Shown piece by piece: positions 19,443 to 28,841 of a stretch of DNA of 64,000 bases. Both the position numbers and the translations under genes were made by a program. The notes below the pieces were generated by a model, which worked only from the letters and a program-made list of their open reading frames with translations, had not been told where the DNA came from and did not search any database. This stretch comes from Thermoanaerobaculia bacterium (lineage in GTDB: Bacteria > Acidobacteriota > Thermoanaerobaculia > UBA5066), in NCBI GenBank assembly GCA_038245905.1, contig JBBRRY010000004.1, positions 1 to 64,000 of the forward strand, read 5' to 3'. Numbering within the stretch: the stretch's first letter is position 1; every line of letters begins with the position of its first letter.

Positions 19443-20865
19443 GGATGTTGTGTCCGTGGACGGCCTCCGCTGCCTCGTGCAGAGCTTCGGACAGCGTGGG
19501 GTGCGCGTGGATCGTGCGGATCATCTCTTCCGTAGTCGCCTCGAGCCGCAGGAGCGCGCCGGCCTCGGCGATGAGCTCGGTGGCATGCGGGCCGACGATG
19601 TGGACGCCGAGAATCTCGTCGTACTTTGCGTCGGAGACGATCTTCACGAAGCCTTCCGCCGACGGCTCCATCGCCGCCTTCGCGAGGACGCCGAAGTTGA
19701 ACTTTCCGGTCTTGACGGTGTAGCCGCGCTCCTTCGCCTTCGCTTCCGTGAGGCCGATCGAGGCGACCTCGGGATCGCAGTACGTGCAGCCGGGAACCTG
19801 GTCGCGGTTCACCGGGACGGTGGGCGCGCCCGCCATCGTTTCGGCGGCCACGATGCCTTCGGCGGACGCCACGTGGGCAAGCCAGATCGTGGGCGTGACG
19901 TCGCCGATCGCCCAGACGCCCGGAACATTCGTGCGCTGATGCGCGTCCACTCTCACGTAGCCATGGTCGATCGCGACGCCTGCGGCTTCCAGGCCAAGCC
20001 CCTCGGTGACGGGCTTGCGCCCGACGGCGAGGAGGACCTTCTCCACGGACCACGAGAGCGGCCCCCCGTCCGGTCCCTTCGCCTTGACGGTGACGGTGCC
20101 GTCGCCGTTCGGCGTGACCGATTCGACGCCCGTTTTCGTGCGGACCTCGATCCCGCGTTTCTTGAAGAGACGTTCGACCTCTTTCGAGATCTCTTCGTCC
20201 TCCACCGGAAGGATGCGAGGGAGGACTTCGACGAGAACGGTCTTCGTGCCATAGCGCGAGAAGCAGGAGGCGAACTCCGACCCCACGGCGCCCGAGCCGA
20301 TGACGAGGAGGGATCTCGGGATCGCCTGGGACTTCAGGATGTGATCGGAGTTCAGGACGCCCTGGCCGTCCGCCTTGAGAAACGGAAGATCGCGGGGGAC
20401 CGAGCCCGTCGCGATGAGGACGTTCTTCGTGTCGAGGATCGTCTCTCCCTGGTCGCCCTTCACGGCCACCCGCGTCGGCGAGACGAGTCGCCCGAAGCCC
20501 GCGTGGACGTCGACCTTGTTCTTCTTCATGAGGTATTCGACGCCCTTCGCTCCCTTGAGGACGACCTTGTCGCGAAACTTCACGACGGCCGGATAGTCGA
20601 GCTCGACGCCGGCGACGCGGACGCCGAAGTCCGCGGCGTGGTTCTTCGCTTCGTCGAAGAGCGAGGCGGACTTGAGCATCGCCTTCGTGGGAATGCAGCC
20701 GCGGTGGAGGCAGGTGCCGCCGAGCCCGACACTGGGAACCTTTGCGTCCTTTTCGACGAGTGCCGTCTTGAGGCCGAGTTGCGAAGCCCGGATGGCGGCG
20801 ACGTAGCCGCCAGGACCGGAGCCGATGACGACGAGGTCGTACGAAGGGGAGGGATTGGCGCTCAC
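19435..20865 (-). CDS. lpdA: Dihydrolipoamide dehydrogenase
   Basis: YDLVVIGSGPGGYVAAIRA, GGTCLHRGCIPTK, LAHVASAEG, IHAHPTLSE. AAGGAG upstream of GTG 20865. Confidence 0.95.
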   Translation of the reverse strand: MSANPSPSYDLVVIGSGPGGYVAAIRASQLGLKTALVEKDAKVPSVGLGGTCLHRGCIPTKAMLKSASLFDEAKNHAADFGVRVAGVELDYPAVVKFRDKVVLKGAKGVEYLMKKNKVDVHAGFGRLVSPTRVAVKGDQGETILDTKNVLIATGSVPRDLPFLKADGQGVLNSDHILKSQAIPRSLLVIGSGAVGSEFASCFSRYGTKTVLVEVLPRILPVEDEEISKEVERLFKKRGIEVRTKTGVESVTPNGDGTVTVKAKGPDGGPLSWSVEKVLLAVGRKPVTEGLGLEAAGVAIDHGYVRVDAHQRTNVPGVWAIGDVTPTIWLAHVASAEGIVAAETMAGAPTVPVNRDQVPGCTYCDPEVASIGLTEAKAKERGYTVKTGKFNFGVLAKAAMEPSAEGFVKIVSDAKYDEILGVHIVGPHATELIAEAGALLRLEATTEEMIRTIHAHPTLSEALHEAAEAVHGHNIHG

Positions 20866-20948
20866 GAGTCTCCTTGATGGGTGCCGGGTGGACGAGGTGT
20901 CGCGCCGGAGGGCGCGCGCCGGACGACCGAAGATTATAACGGCCGGCG

Positions 20949-22121
20949 TCAGCCGAAGACGACTCCGAGGAAGCCGCCCAGGAGGACGAGCCATGCCGCG
21001 TTGATCCGGATCGTGGCGAGAATCGCGATGCTGGCGAGGAACAGCGCGACCGTCGGCCCGTTCGTGAGCGCCGGCCGTGCGAACAGCAGCGTGACGGAGC
21101 CCATCAGCGCGAGTGCGGCCACGTTGACGCCGTCGAGAAACGCGCCGAGGAGCCTCGACCGCCTGAGGCGGAAGACGAAGGGCCCCATCAGCGCCGCAAA
21201 CGCGAAGGCCGGGAGGAAGATTCCGAGCGTCGCGACCGCCGCGCCCGGAACGCCGCCCAGCAGGTAGCCGATGAACGTCGCCGTGGACGAGAGGGGTCCC
21301 GGAGTGAACTGGCCGACGGCCACGGCATCGAGGAGCTGCGCGCTCGTGAGCCAGTGCCAGCGGTCGACGAGATCGGCCTTCAGGAACGCGAGGAGCACGT
21401 AGCCGCTCCCGAACAGGACTGCGCCGGTCTTCAGAAAAAAGAGGAAAAGGCTGCTGAGAGAAAAAAAAGAGGAAACCGATGATAGTAGAGGAAGAAAGAG
21501 GAAGAAGATTTTCTTAGAAGGGGGATCGGAAGACACAGGAGCATCCGGAGCGCTCGTGCGCTGCGGCGGTGGCGGACCGGAGGCCTTCTTCCCCTTTCTA
21601 AGCAAATCTTCAATCACCCTGACACCAACCGAAACGCAGCCCGTAGCCACCAGCAGGACGATCTCGTTGATGACAAAGGACGCCATCAGCGCCGCCAGTC
21701 CGAGGATGAGGAGGAACCGGGTCTTCGCGGCCGCGCGGCCGAGACCGACGAGCGCCTGCACGATGAGCGCGAGGACGACGGGTTTGATGCCCGTGAAGAA
21801 GTGGGGAAACGCGGGCAGCGACCCGAACCTCACGTAGACCCAGGCGAACGCCGTCACGATCAGCGTCGCGGGAAGTACGAAACCGAGGCCCGCGAGGAGG
21901 AAGCCCGGCCAACCCCCGCGCGCGTAGCCGATGAAGAGAGCCATCTTCGTAGAGGTGGGTCCCGGCGCGAGATTCGTCGCGCCGAGGAGGTCGAGGAACT
22001 CGCCTCTGGTCATCCAGCCGCGGCGCGTCACGACCTCGTGCTCCATCATCGAGATGTGGGCGGCGGGACCGCCGAACGCCGTGGCGCCGAGGCGCAGGAA
22101 GAGAACTGCGATGTCCCTCAC
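20949..22121 (-). CDS. chrA: Chromate efflux transporter (long-chain CHR)
   Basis: FLRLGATAFGGPAAHI, PGPTST; second domain FGSGYVL, AVAVGQFTPGPL, FLDGVN. Confidence 0.92.
   Translation of the reverse strand: MRDIAVLFLRLGATAFGGPAAHISMMEHEVVTRRGWMTRGEFLDLLGATNLAPGPTSTKMALFIGYARGGWPGFLLAGLGFVLPATLIVTAFAWVYVRFGSLPAFPHFFTGIKPVVLALIVQALVGLGRAAAKTRFLLILGLAALMASFVINEIVLLVATGCVSVGVRVIEDLLRKGKKASGPPPPQRTSAPDAPVSSDPPSKKIFFLFLPLLSSVSSFFSLSSLFLFFLKTGAVLFGSGYVLLAFLKADLVDRWHWLTSAQLLDAVAVGQFTPGPLSSTATFIGYLLGGVPGAAVATLGIFLPAFAFAALMGPFVFRLRRSRLLGAFLDGVNVAALALMGSVTLLFARPALTNGPTVALFLASIAILATIRINAAWLVLLGGFLGVVFG
21504..21611. repeat. Inverted pair of the dispersed AT-rich motif inside the chrA linker
   Basis: GAAGATTTTCTTAGAAGG (21504-21521) ... 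CTTTCTAAGCAAATCTTC (21594-21611), preceded by a purine-rich tract at about 21433-21507. Confidence 0.75.
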
Positions 22122-22148
22122 GATGCCGGGAAACTATACTTCCCGCGC

Positions 22149-23363
22149 ATGACGCGTCGGCTGATCGTGCTCTTCGTTCTGATCGCCGGATCCGTCGCGG
22201 AAGCCGCTGCGCGGCCGCCCGCGCCGGAGATCTCGCTTCCGGACACGGAAGGGAAGACCGTCACGCTCGCCGAGTACCGGGGGCGCGTCGTCCTCCTGGC
22301 GTTCACACGTGGCGCCTGGTGACCCGCGTGCCTGGAGCAGTTGCTCCAGCTCGAACGGCTGAAGGGAACGGCGCTGAAGAGCGTGGCGATTCTCGTCGTG
22401 GCCCCGGATTCGCCCGAAGACTCGAGCGCGCTCGTGGCGACGGTCGAAAAGCAGCGTCACGTGCGCCTCACGCACCGGTTCCTCTCGGCTCCGCGCGGGC
22501 GCACCATGGGCCGGCCCGTGGGCGAGGGGAAGGCTCCGCGGCTTCCCCCTTCGCTCATCCTCGTGGATGAGGAGGGGCGCGAGGCCTGGCGCTTCGTGGA
22601 GCGTGAGCACCGGATGCGGCCCAGCGATCGCGAGCTCGCGCGCGCCGTGGCCGATGCCGCTGCGCCGCAGGCGCCATGGGCTCCGCCGTGCGCAGCCGTG
22701 CTCGTCGAGCTCTTCACGTCCGAGGGCTGCTCGAGCTGTCCGCCGGCGGAGCGTCTCCTCGCGCTTCTCGCGTCCGAGTCGGCCACCGCCGGCGTGGAGA
22801 TCGTCCCCCTCGCATTTCACGTCGATTACTGGAACCGCCTCGGCTGGGCGGACCCGTTCTCGTCCGCGGCATTCACGGAACGACAGGGCGACTACTCGCG
22901 GGTCTTCGGGGGCGATCGCGTATACACGCCGCAGATGGTCGTGAACGGCCGGAGAGAGTTCGTCGGAAGCGACGAACGTGTGGCGCGATCCGCTCTCCTT
23001 GCCACCGCGAAGGACGCGACCGCGGTGGTACGCCTCACGGTTCAGGAGGCGGCGAAAGGACCCGCGTCGCTCCGCGTGAGCGTCGGGGGCGCCACGGAGG
23101 GCGCGGAAATCTTTCTCGCCATCTCGGAGGACCTTCTCTCGACGGACGTGCCGCGCGGCGAGAACGCGGGCCGCCACCTCGAGCATACGGCCGTCGTCAG
23201 GGACCTGCGCCGCATCGGGCGAGCGGACGGCTCGGGCCGTTTCGAGGGGAGTCCCACACTGGCGCGCGACCCGGCCTGGAAGGCGGGCGCGCTCCACGCG
23301 GTCGTTTTCGTGCAGGAGCGCGGAAGCCGAAGGGTGCTCGGAGCCGCGCGCATTGCGCTCTGA
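22149..23363 (+). CDS. Probable exported selenoprotein: AhpC/TSA-like redoxin (UxxC) fused to a DUF1223-like thioredoxin (CxxC)
   Basis: Signal peptide, APEISLPDTEGKTVTLAEYRGRVVLLAFTRGAW-TGA-PAC, in frame with ORF 22341-23363 containing VLVELFTSEGCSSCPPA, FHVDYWN.LGW.DPF and YTPQMVVNG. Confidence 0.8.
22332..22349 (+). promoter_or_regulatory. Candidate bacterial SECIS hairpin CTGGAGC-AGTT-GCTCCAG
   Basis: Perfect 7-bp stem. The loop begins 16 nt after the in-frame TGA (22320-22322) and has G at its second position. Confidence 0.65.
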
Positions 23364-23423
23364 CTCCCGCACACAGAAAAACGAGCCTCGCTGCGCTCCC
23401 TCTGTCCGCGATACTCTCGGTCC

Positions 23424-25925
23424 ATGCGTCGAGCCGTCCGACTGCTCTCCCTCGTCACCCTCGCTTTCGCAGTGTCGGCTCCGGCCGCCGACCGCCTTGT
23501 CCCCGGGAAGCTCCCGTCGGGCGAGATGCTGCTTCCGAACGGCCGCCTCCTGACGCCGACGGGGACGCAGACCGAGGTCGCGCCCTATCCGTTCGCCCTC
23601 GCGTTGACGCCCGACGGCCAGCGCGTCGTCGTCGCCTGCACCGGTGCGGACGACCAGTCGCTTCATCTCCTGGACGCGTCGACCGGAAAGACGCTCGCGA
23701 AGGAACCCCTGAAGAAGTCCTGGCTGGGCCTCGCGATTGCGCCGGACGGTTCGCGTGTCTACGTTGCGGGAGCGGGCGGGAAGAACGTACTCGTGTACCG
23801 GCTCGAGAGCGACCGGTTCGTCGCCGAGGAGCCGATCCCGCTCCGGAATGGCGCCGAGCCCGCGAAGCTCGACGCGACGCCGTCCGGCCTCGCGGTCTCC
23901 GCGGACGGGAAGAGCCTCTGGGCGGCACGGATCCTGCTGAACGACGTCGTGAAGATCGACCTCGCGTCACGGTCGTTTGAGGCCCCGATTCCCGTCGGCG
24001 TTCATCCTTACCGGCCCGTGCTTTCGCCGGACGGGACCGTCCTCGCCGTCTCGAACTGGGGCGCGGCGTCCGTATCGCTCGTCGATGTGGTCAAGGGCGC
24101 GGTCCTCGCGACCGTGAAGACCGCCGACCACCCCTCGGACCTCGTCTTCTCGCCGGATGGGAAGACGCTTTTCGTCGCCCAGTCGAACCGGAACCTCGTC
24201 GCGGTCATGGATATCGCCGCACGGACCGTCGTGCGCCAGATCTCCGTCGCGCTCGGGCCCGACGGTCCGGGCACGCCGTCGGCCGACGCGCTTCCGGACG
24301 GGTCCACGCCGAACGCGCTCGCGCTCGCACCGGACGGCCGGACGCTCTTCGTCGCGAATGCGGACGACGATGCGGTCGCGGTCGCGGTCGTCGGCGTCGT
24401 GGGAGATCTCCGCTCCGCGCGGACGACCGGGTTCATCCCGAGCGGCTGGTATCCGGCCGCGCTCGCGCTCTCGCGCGACGGGAAAACGCTCTGGGTCGCG
24501 AACGCGAAAGGCGGCTGGTCCTGGTCGAACGCTGTGGGCGGTCCCGACCCGACGAAGAAAGGGGACGGCAAGCCCTGGAAGAAGACGCGCACGATTCCGG
24601 GCTCCGTATCGCGGATCGACGTGCCGTCCACGAAAGCGCTCCAGGCGCTCACGACGCGCGCGTACGCGAACCGCCGGCCCGGGGCGCGCGGCGCGGCGCG
24701 GGTCAGGGCCTCGGCCGTCGTGCCGGCGGCACCGGGCGGCGTCTCGCCGATCAAGCACGTCGTCTATGTCGTCCGTGAAAACCGCACATATGACCAGGTC
24801 CTCGGCGACCTCCCGCGGGGGAACGGCGACCCGTCCCTCGCGATCTTCGGCCGGGACGTGACGCCGAACGCCCACGCGCTTGCGGAGGAGTTCGGCCTCT
24901 TCGACAACCTCTACTGCGACGCCGAGGTTTCGGCGGACGGCCACAACTGGTCGATGGGCGCGTACGCGACGGACTTCGTCGAGAAGATCTGGCCGCCCAA
25001 TTACGGGAGCAAGGGCTTCGACTATCTCTTCGAGGGGAACGACGAGAACGCGTTCCCGACAAATGGCTATTTGTGGGACGCAGCGTCACGCGTGCGGCTG
25101 ACCCTCCGGAATTACGGCGAGTTCGTGGGCGTCGCCGCGGAGATGTCGTCGACGAAGCTGGCCCTCTCGACGGGAATGGCCGGTGCGCTCAAGGACAACA
25201 CCTGCCCCTTCTACCCAGGCTTCGACCTCGACATCCTCGACAACGCCCGCGTCGACATCTTCCTCAAGGAGTTCCGGGCTTTCGTGAAGGCGAAGGAGAT
25301 GCCGCGTCTCACCATCGTGCGGCTCGGCAACGACCACACGGCGGGAACGAAGAAAGGGGAGCGCACGCCGCGCGCGATGGTCGCCGAGAACGACGTCGCG
25401 CTCGGGCGTCTCGTCGAGGCGATCTCGCACTCGCCCTTCTGGAAGGAAACCGCGATCTTCGTGATCGAGGACGACGCCCAGAACGGCTCGGACCACGTGG
25501 ACGCGCACCGGACCGTGGGCCTCGTGATCTCGCCGTATACCCGCCGCGCGGGCTTCGTGGACTCGACGATGTATTCCACGGTCTCGATGCTCCGGACGAT
25601 GGAGTTGATCCTCGGCTTGCCGCCGATGTCGCAACACGACGCGTCCGCGATCCCGATGACGGCCGCCTTCGTGGACGCACCCGATTCGGCGCCCTTCGTC
25701 CATCGTGAGACGAAGATCCCGTTCTACGAGATGAATCCCGACGGCGCGCCCATGCAAGCACTCGTCGGGACGTGGGACTTCACGAAGGAGGACGCCGCGC
25801 CGGACATCGAGCTCAATGAGGCGATCTGGAAGAGCGTCCGGGGCGCGGATTCCGAGATGCCTGCGCCGGTGAATGCCGCGTTCGTTCGCGTGCCGACCTT
25901 TGCGCCGCGAGGCGGCCAGCCTTAG
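23424..25925 (+). CDS. Exported YncE/YVTN beta-propeller + phosphoesterase (alkaline phosphatase superfamily) protein
   Basis: Repeated [LF]SPDG.TL.V.N blades; IKHVVYVVRENRTYDQVLGD, SADGHNWS, NDHTAG, EDDAQNGSDHVDAHRT. Confidence 0.88.
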   Translation: MRRAVRLLSLVTLAFAVSAPAADRLVPGKLPSGEMLLPNGRLLTPTGTQTEVAPYPFALALTPDGQRVVVACTGADDQSLHLLDASTGKTLAKEPLKKSWLGLAIAPDGSRVYVAGAGGKNVLVYRLESDRFVAEEPIPLRNGAEPAKLDATPSGLAVSADGKSLWAARILLNDVVKIDLASRSFEAPIPVGVHPYRPVLSPDGTVLAVSNWGAASVSLVDVVKGAVLATVKTADHPSDLVFSPDGKTLFVAQSNRNLVAVMDIAARTVVRQISVALGPDGPGTPSADALPDGSTPNALALAPDGRTLFVANADDDAVAVAVVGVVGDLRSARTTGFIPSGWYPAALALSRDGKTLWVANAKGGWSWSNAVGGPDPTKKGDGKPWKKTRTIPGSVSRIDVPSTKALQALTTRAYANRRPGARGAARVRASAVVPAAPGGVSPIKHVVYVVRENRTYDQVLGDLPRGNGDPSLAIFGRDVTPNAHALAEEFGLFDNLYCDAEVSADGHNWSMGAYATDFVEKIWPPNYGSKGFDYLFEGNDENAFPTNGYLWDAASRVRLTLRNYGEFVGVAAEMSSTKLALSTGMAGALKDNTCPFYPGFDLDILDNARVDIFLKEFRAFVKAKEMPRLTIVRLGNDHTAGTKKGERTPRAMVAENDVALGRLVEAISHSPFWKETAIFVIEDDAQNGSDHVDAHRTVGLVISPYTRRAGFVDSTMYSTVSMLRTMELILGLPPMSQHDASAIPMTAAFVDAPDSAPFVHRETKIPFYEMNPDGAPMQALVGTWDFTKEDAAPDIELNEAIWKSVRGADSEMPAPVNAAFVRVPTFAPRGGQP

Positions 25926-26584
25926 GTCTCTTCGTCCACCACGTTCCGGTGCGCGTCGGCCCACGCCGCCCAGGGAATCAGGATCAGCGCGGCGATTCCG
26001 CTCCAGGCGACGACGGCGATGTTCGGGGGCGGTGGGCCGAAAGCCGCCCCGGCATAGGCGAGCAGGAAGAAGGCGATCAATCCGGCGAGAGCCCATCGGC
26101 CGATCGCGTCCTTCGGCTTCGTCGTCCGCAGGTAGAGCCAGACCCCCAAGGCGAAGAGCGGCAGCTCGACAGCGAGCGTTCCCGCGCACGAGCTCCACAG
26201 CCCCATTCCGACGAAAATCGATCCGTTGGGCGTCAGCGGAAGGTCCGGACGGTGGACGACGGCGTCGCAGATCCAGTGGCTCACGACGCCGAGCGCGACG
26301 ACGGCGCCCGCCGAGATGCTGCGCGTCACGACGTGAACCAGAAACCCGAAAAGCGCGCCCCAAAGGACGGCCATGAGGAGGCTGTGAGACCACGGGTAGT
26401 AGTCGAAGGCGATCGGCGTGAAGGCCGTGTTGCCTGGCTCGACGCTGGCGCTTTCGACCCCCGTCAGAATGAGCATCGGCCAGAGGAGGTCGAGAAAGAA
26501 AGGCGCCGCGAGGAGGACCCCGAGCGAGGCGCGGGGCGCGGCTGCTTTCGACGCGAACCCGACGGCGGCGTGTCCGATGAACAT
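25922..26584 (-). CDS. Membrane-bound metal-dependent hydrolase (YdjM-like)
   Basis: MFIGH, DLLWP, YPWSHSL, SHWICDAVVHRPDLPL; multiple TM helices. Confidence 0.78.
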   Translation of the reverse strand: MFIGHAAVGFASKAAAPRASLGVLLAAPFFLDLLWPMLILTGVESASVEPGNTAFTPIAFDYYPWSHSLLMAVLWGALFGFLVHVVTRSISAGAVVALGVVSHWICDAVVHRPDLPLTPNGSIFVGMGLWSSCAGTLAVELPLFALGVWLYLRTTKPKDAIGRWALAGLIAFFLLAYAGAAFGPPPPNIAVVAWSGIAALILIPWAAWADAHRNVVDEET

Positions 26585-26600
26585 CCCGGACTCCTCTCTT

Positions 26601-28262
26601 TCAGCCGAGGAGCTTCTTCACGAGGGAGCCCACGCGGGCGGAGCCGAGGCCCGTGACCGGGTCCCAGCCCTTTGCCGCCCGATAGCCCACGACGCCGCCG
26701 TACGAATTGCCACCTTGAGTAATGTCCCGGAAAGGCGAGACACCCTGGGCGGCGGCGTAAAGGGCGGCGTTCGCGGCGCCGAGGCGCGGTCGACCCGCCG
26801 CGACGCGCGCGGCGTTCACGCGCGCGAGAATTCCGGCCCAGATCGGCGCGGCGACGCTCGTCCCGCCGGCGGCAGTCCACTTGTTCCTCACGAAGATCGA
26901 GAGTCCGGGATCGGGCGACGCGACGGCCGCGACGTCGGGGATCCCGCGGCCGGTCACGCCGTGGCGGCCGGCGAGGGCTGGTTTCTGCCAGGCGGGCACG
27001 GCGACGAAGCGGGAAAACCCGCCGCCGGTCGCCCCGCTATCCGGGCCGTCGTTCCAGGCGGTCTCGGCGAAGGCGTCGCCTCTAGGCACCAGCTTTGTCC
27101 CCCCGACCGCGGTGACTTCCGGAACGACGCTCGGGAAGTCCACGTGGCGCTGGCCGTCGAACGCGACGCTGTCTTCGGGCACGTCGCCGGCTCCCGCATC
27201 GCCGGTGGCTGAGACGAATGTGATGCCGAGAAGCGCGCAGGAGAGGAAGAGCTGGCGGGTCTGGTCGTAACGGCGGGACGTCGAGAAGCCGTCCTCGGGC
27301 ATGCCCCACGAAATCGAGACGATCGACGGGCGGCGCGCGTCCGGCGCGTCGAGAAGCGCGTTCAGGAAATCCACCCAGCCCGCATCCGTGTTCGGGACCC
27401 ACCACAGGTCGAGGTCGGCGTCGGGTGCGGTGCCGCGCACCCAGTCCATGTCGAGCGCGACCTCGAGGTCGGCGTTTCCCGTCTTCCCCCGATAATCGTT
27501 CTTCGCGCCCGACAGGGACACCTCGGTCACGTCGCCCTCGGGGAGTCCGTAGTGAGCGCAGAAGGCCCCGAAGTCGCGGCTGGAGAACCCCCCCCCGAAC
27601 TCGAGGATGGCGACGCGTTCGCCACGGGCTCCTGCCGTACCAGGCTCCGGAAGGTCATACGCCGCCCGAATCTCCTCGGGTGTGTAGCCGCCCGCGGGGC
27701 CGCGCGCCGTGGCGAGGCCGCGGCGGGGGACCTTCGAGCGCTTCGGGGCGAGGATCGGCGGAAAGCGCCGGGCAGCCGGGAGCGTGTTGAGGCCGGCGAT
27801 CCCGCGGATCACGGCCGCGAGGGAAGCCGGTATCGAAGGGTCCCGCTCGGCCGCGATGGCCCGCCGCCGGAGCGGCGACAGCGACCGCGGCAGGTCGTAT
27901 TCGCCGAAGGGGATCCCGAACGCCCGCGCGACCTTCTCGACCGGGCCGTGGGCTTGGACAGCGGTACGGGCGCCGGCGATGCTGTCCACCGTGAGCCCGG
28001 CGTCGCGGAGGAATGACAGAACGGCGTCGAGGTCCTGGTAGCCGGGGGCGACGAGCGCGCGGACCTCGTCGGGAGAAAGATGGCGGCCGTAGACGGCGCT
28101 CTTCGGATCCGCGACGGCGCGGGCCGCGTCGCGCAGCATGCGCATGTCCTTCGCGTGAAGGAGAACCGTGAAGCGGAGCTCCTCGCCGGCCGGACACGGA
28201 CCCATCCGCCGCGCGAGCGGCAGTCGCCGGGACACGTGGCGGGGCAGAACGAACCGCTGCAT
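26601..28262 (-). CDS. S53 (sedolisin/kumamolisin-like) peptidase with prodomain
   Basis: EVALD (Glu/Asp catalytic pair), SISWG, TGDAG, RGIPDVAA, GGTSVAAP, GWDPVTGLGS. Confidence 0.92.
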   Translation of the reverse strand: MQRFVLPRHVSRRLPLARRMGPCPAGEELRFTVLLHAKDMRMLRDAARAVADPKSAVYGRHLSPDEVRALVAPGYQDLDAVLSFLRDAGLTVDSIAGARTAVQAHGPVEKVARAFGIPFGEYDLPRSLSPLRRRAIAAERDPSIPASLAAVIRGIAGLNTLPAARRFPPILAPKRSKVPRRGLATARGPAGGYTPEEIRAAYDLPEPGTAGARGERVAILEFGGGFSSRDFGAFCAHYGLPEGDVTEVSLSGAKNDYRGKTGNADLEVALDMDWVRGTAPDADLDLWWVPNTDAGWVDFLNALLDAPDARRPSIVSISWGMPEDGFSTSRRYDQTRQLFLSCALLGITFVSATGDAGAGDVPEDSVAFDGQRHVDFPSVVPEVTAVGGTKLVPRGDAFAETAWNDGPDSGATGGGFSRFVAVPAWQKPALAGRHGVTGRGIPDVAAVASPDPGLSIFVRNKWTAAGGTSVAAPIWAGILARVNAARVAAGRPRLGAANAALYAAAQGVSPFRDITQGGNSYGGVVGYRAAKGWDPVTGLGSARVGSLVKKLLG

Positions 28263-28265
28263 GCG

Positions 28266-28712
28266 TCAGTTTCCCTCGACCGGGCGGAGGCGTTCCCAGA
28301 CGAGCATCGCGTCCATCAGGTGGCCGCGCACCTGAACCGTCGGCGCGCTCACGATGAGGCGGTCGCCGGAGATCCGGTAGAAGCGAACGAGATCCGAACC
28401 GATCCAGTTCGGGAAGAGGGACTGTGAGACGTGGTGCACGACGACGCCGTGCGTCTTGTCCACGACGTAGGTGCCGAAGTACGAGATACACCCGGTCAAG
28501 GCGGCCGCGACCTCTTCCGGCGTCCCGGCCAGCTGGTCGTTGACAGCGAAGCGAGGGCGGTCTGCGCGCATGATCTGCATCGACATGTGGCCGGTCGTGT
28601 CGTAAAGGCATAGACCCGAGTAGTTCGTTCCGAACGGAAACACGACCTGCCCCTCGGAGCGGAATTCGAAGACGAGCAGCTTCCAAGCGCCAGCAAGGGA
28701 GATCTCGTTCAT
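28266..28712 (-). CDS. Lipocalin-like domain protein
   Basis: LAGAWKL, G...Y...GHMSMQIM, ISYFGTY.VD, HHV..SLFPNWIG, LVWER. Confidence 0.8.
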   Translation of the reverse strand: MNEISLAGAWKLLVFEFRSEGQVVFPFGTNYSGLCLYDTTGHMSMQIMRADRPRFAVNDQLAGTPEEVAAALTGCISYFGTYVVDKTHGVVVHHVSQSLFPNWIGSDLVRFYRISGDRLIVSAPTVQVRGHLMDAMLVWERLRPVEGN

Positions 28713-28841
28713 ATCGCGAGCAATCCTACTCCCGGCCCGGTCTCCCGAGGCGGCGTCCGCAAAAAGTGTCCGCCCGACGGTATGCTCCATGCAAGAGGGC
28801 CGAGTGAGGGTCTCCCCATGCGGAGTCTCGGAGGATCAATC

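Noticed and set aside
19348-20877. Long antisense and alternate-frame ORFs (e.g. 19348-20877 +, 35764-37539 +, 42185-45559 -, 50909-53482 -)
   Set aside because: Shadow ORFs of well-supported genes. They are expected at high GC, Arg/Pro/Ala-rich, and carry no family motifs.
22149-22322. Pseudogene call for the redoxin
   Set aside because: The stop falls exactly on the catalytic Cys position, the frame is intact on both sides and a SECIS-like hairpin follows, so Sec readthrough is more likely.
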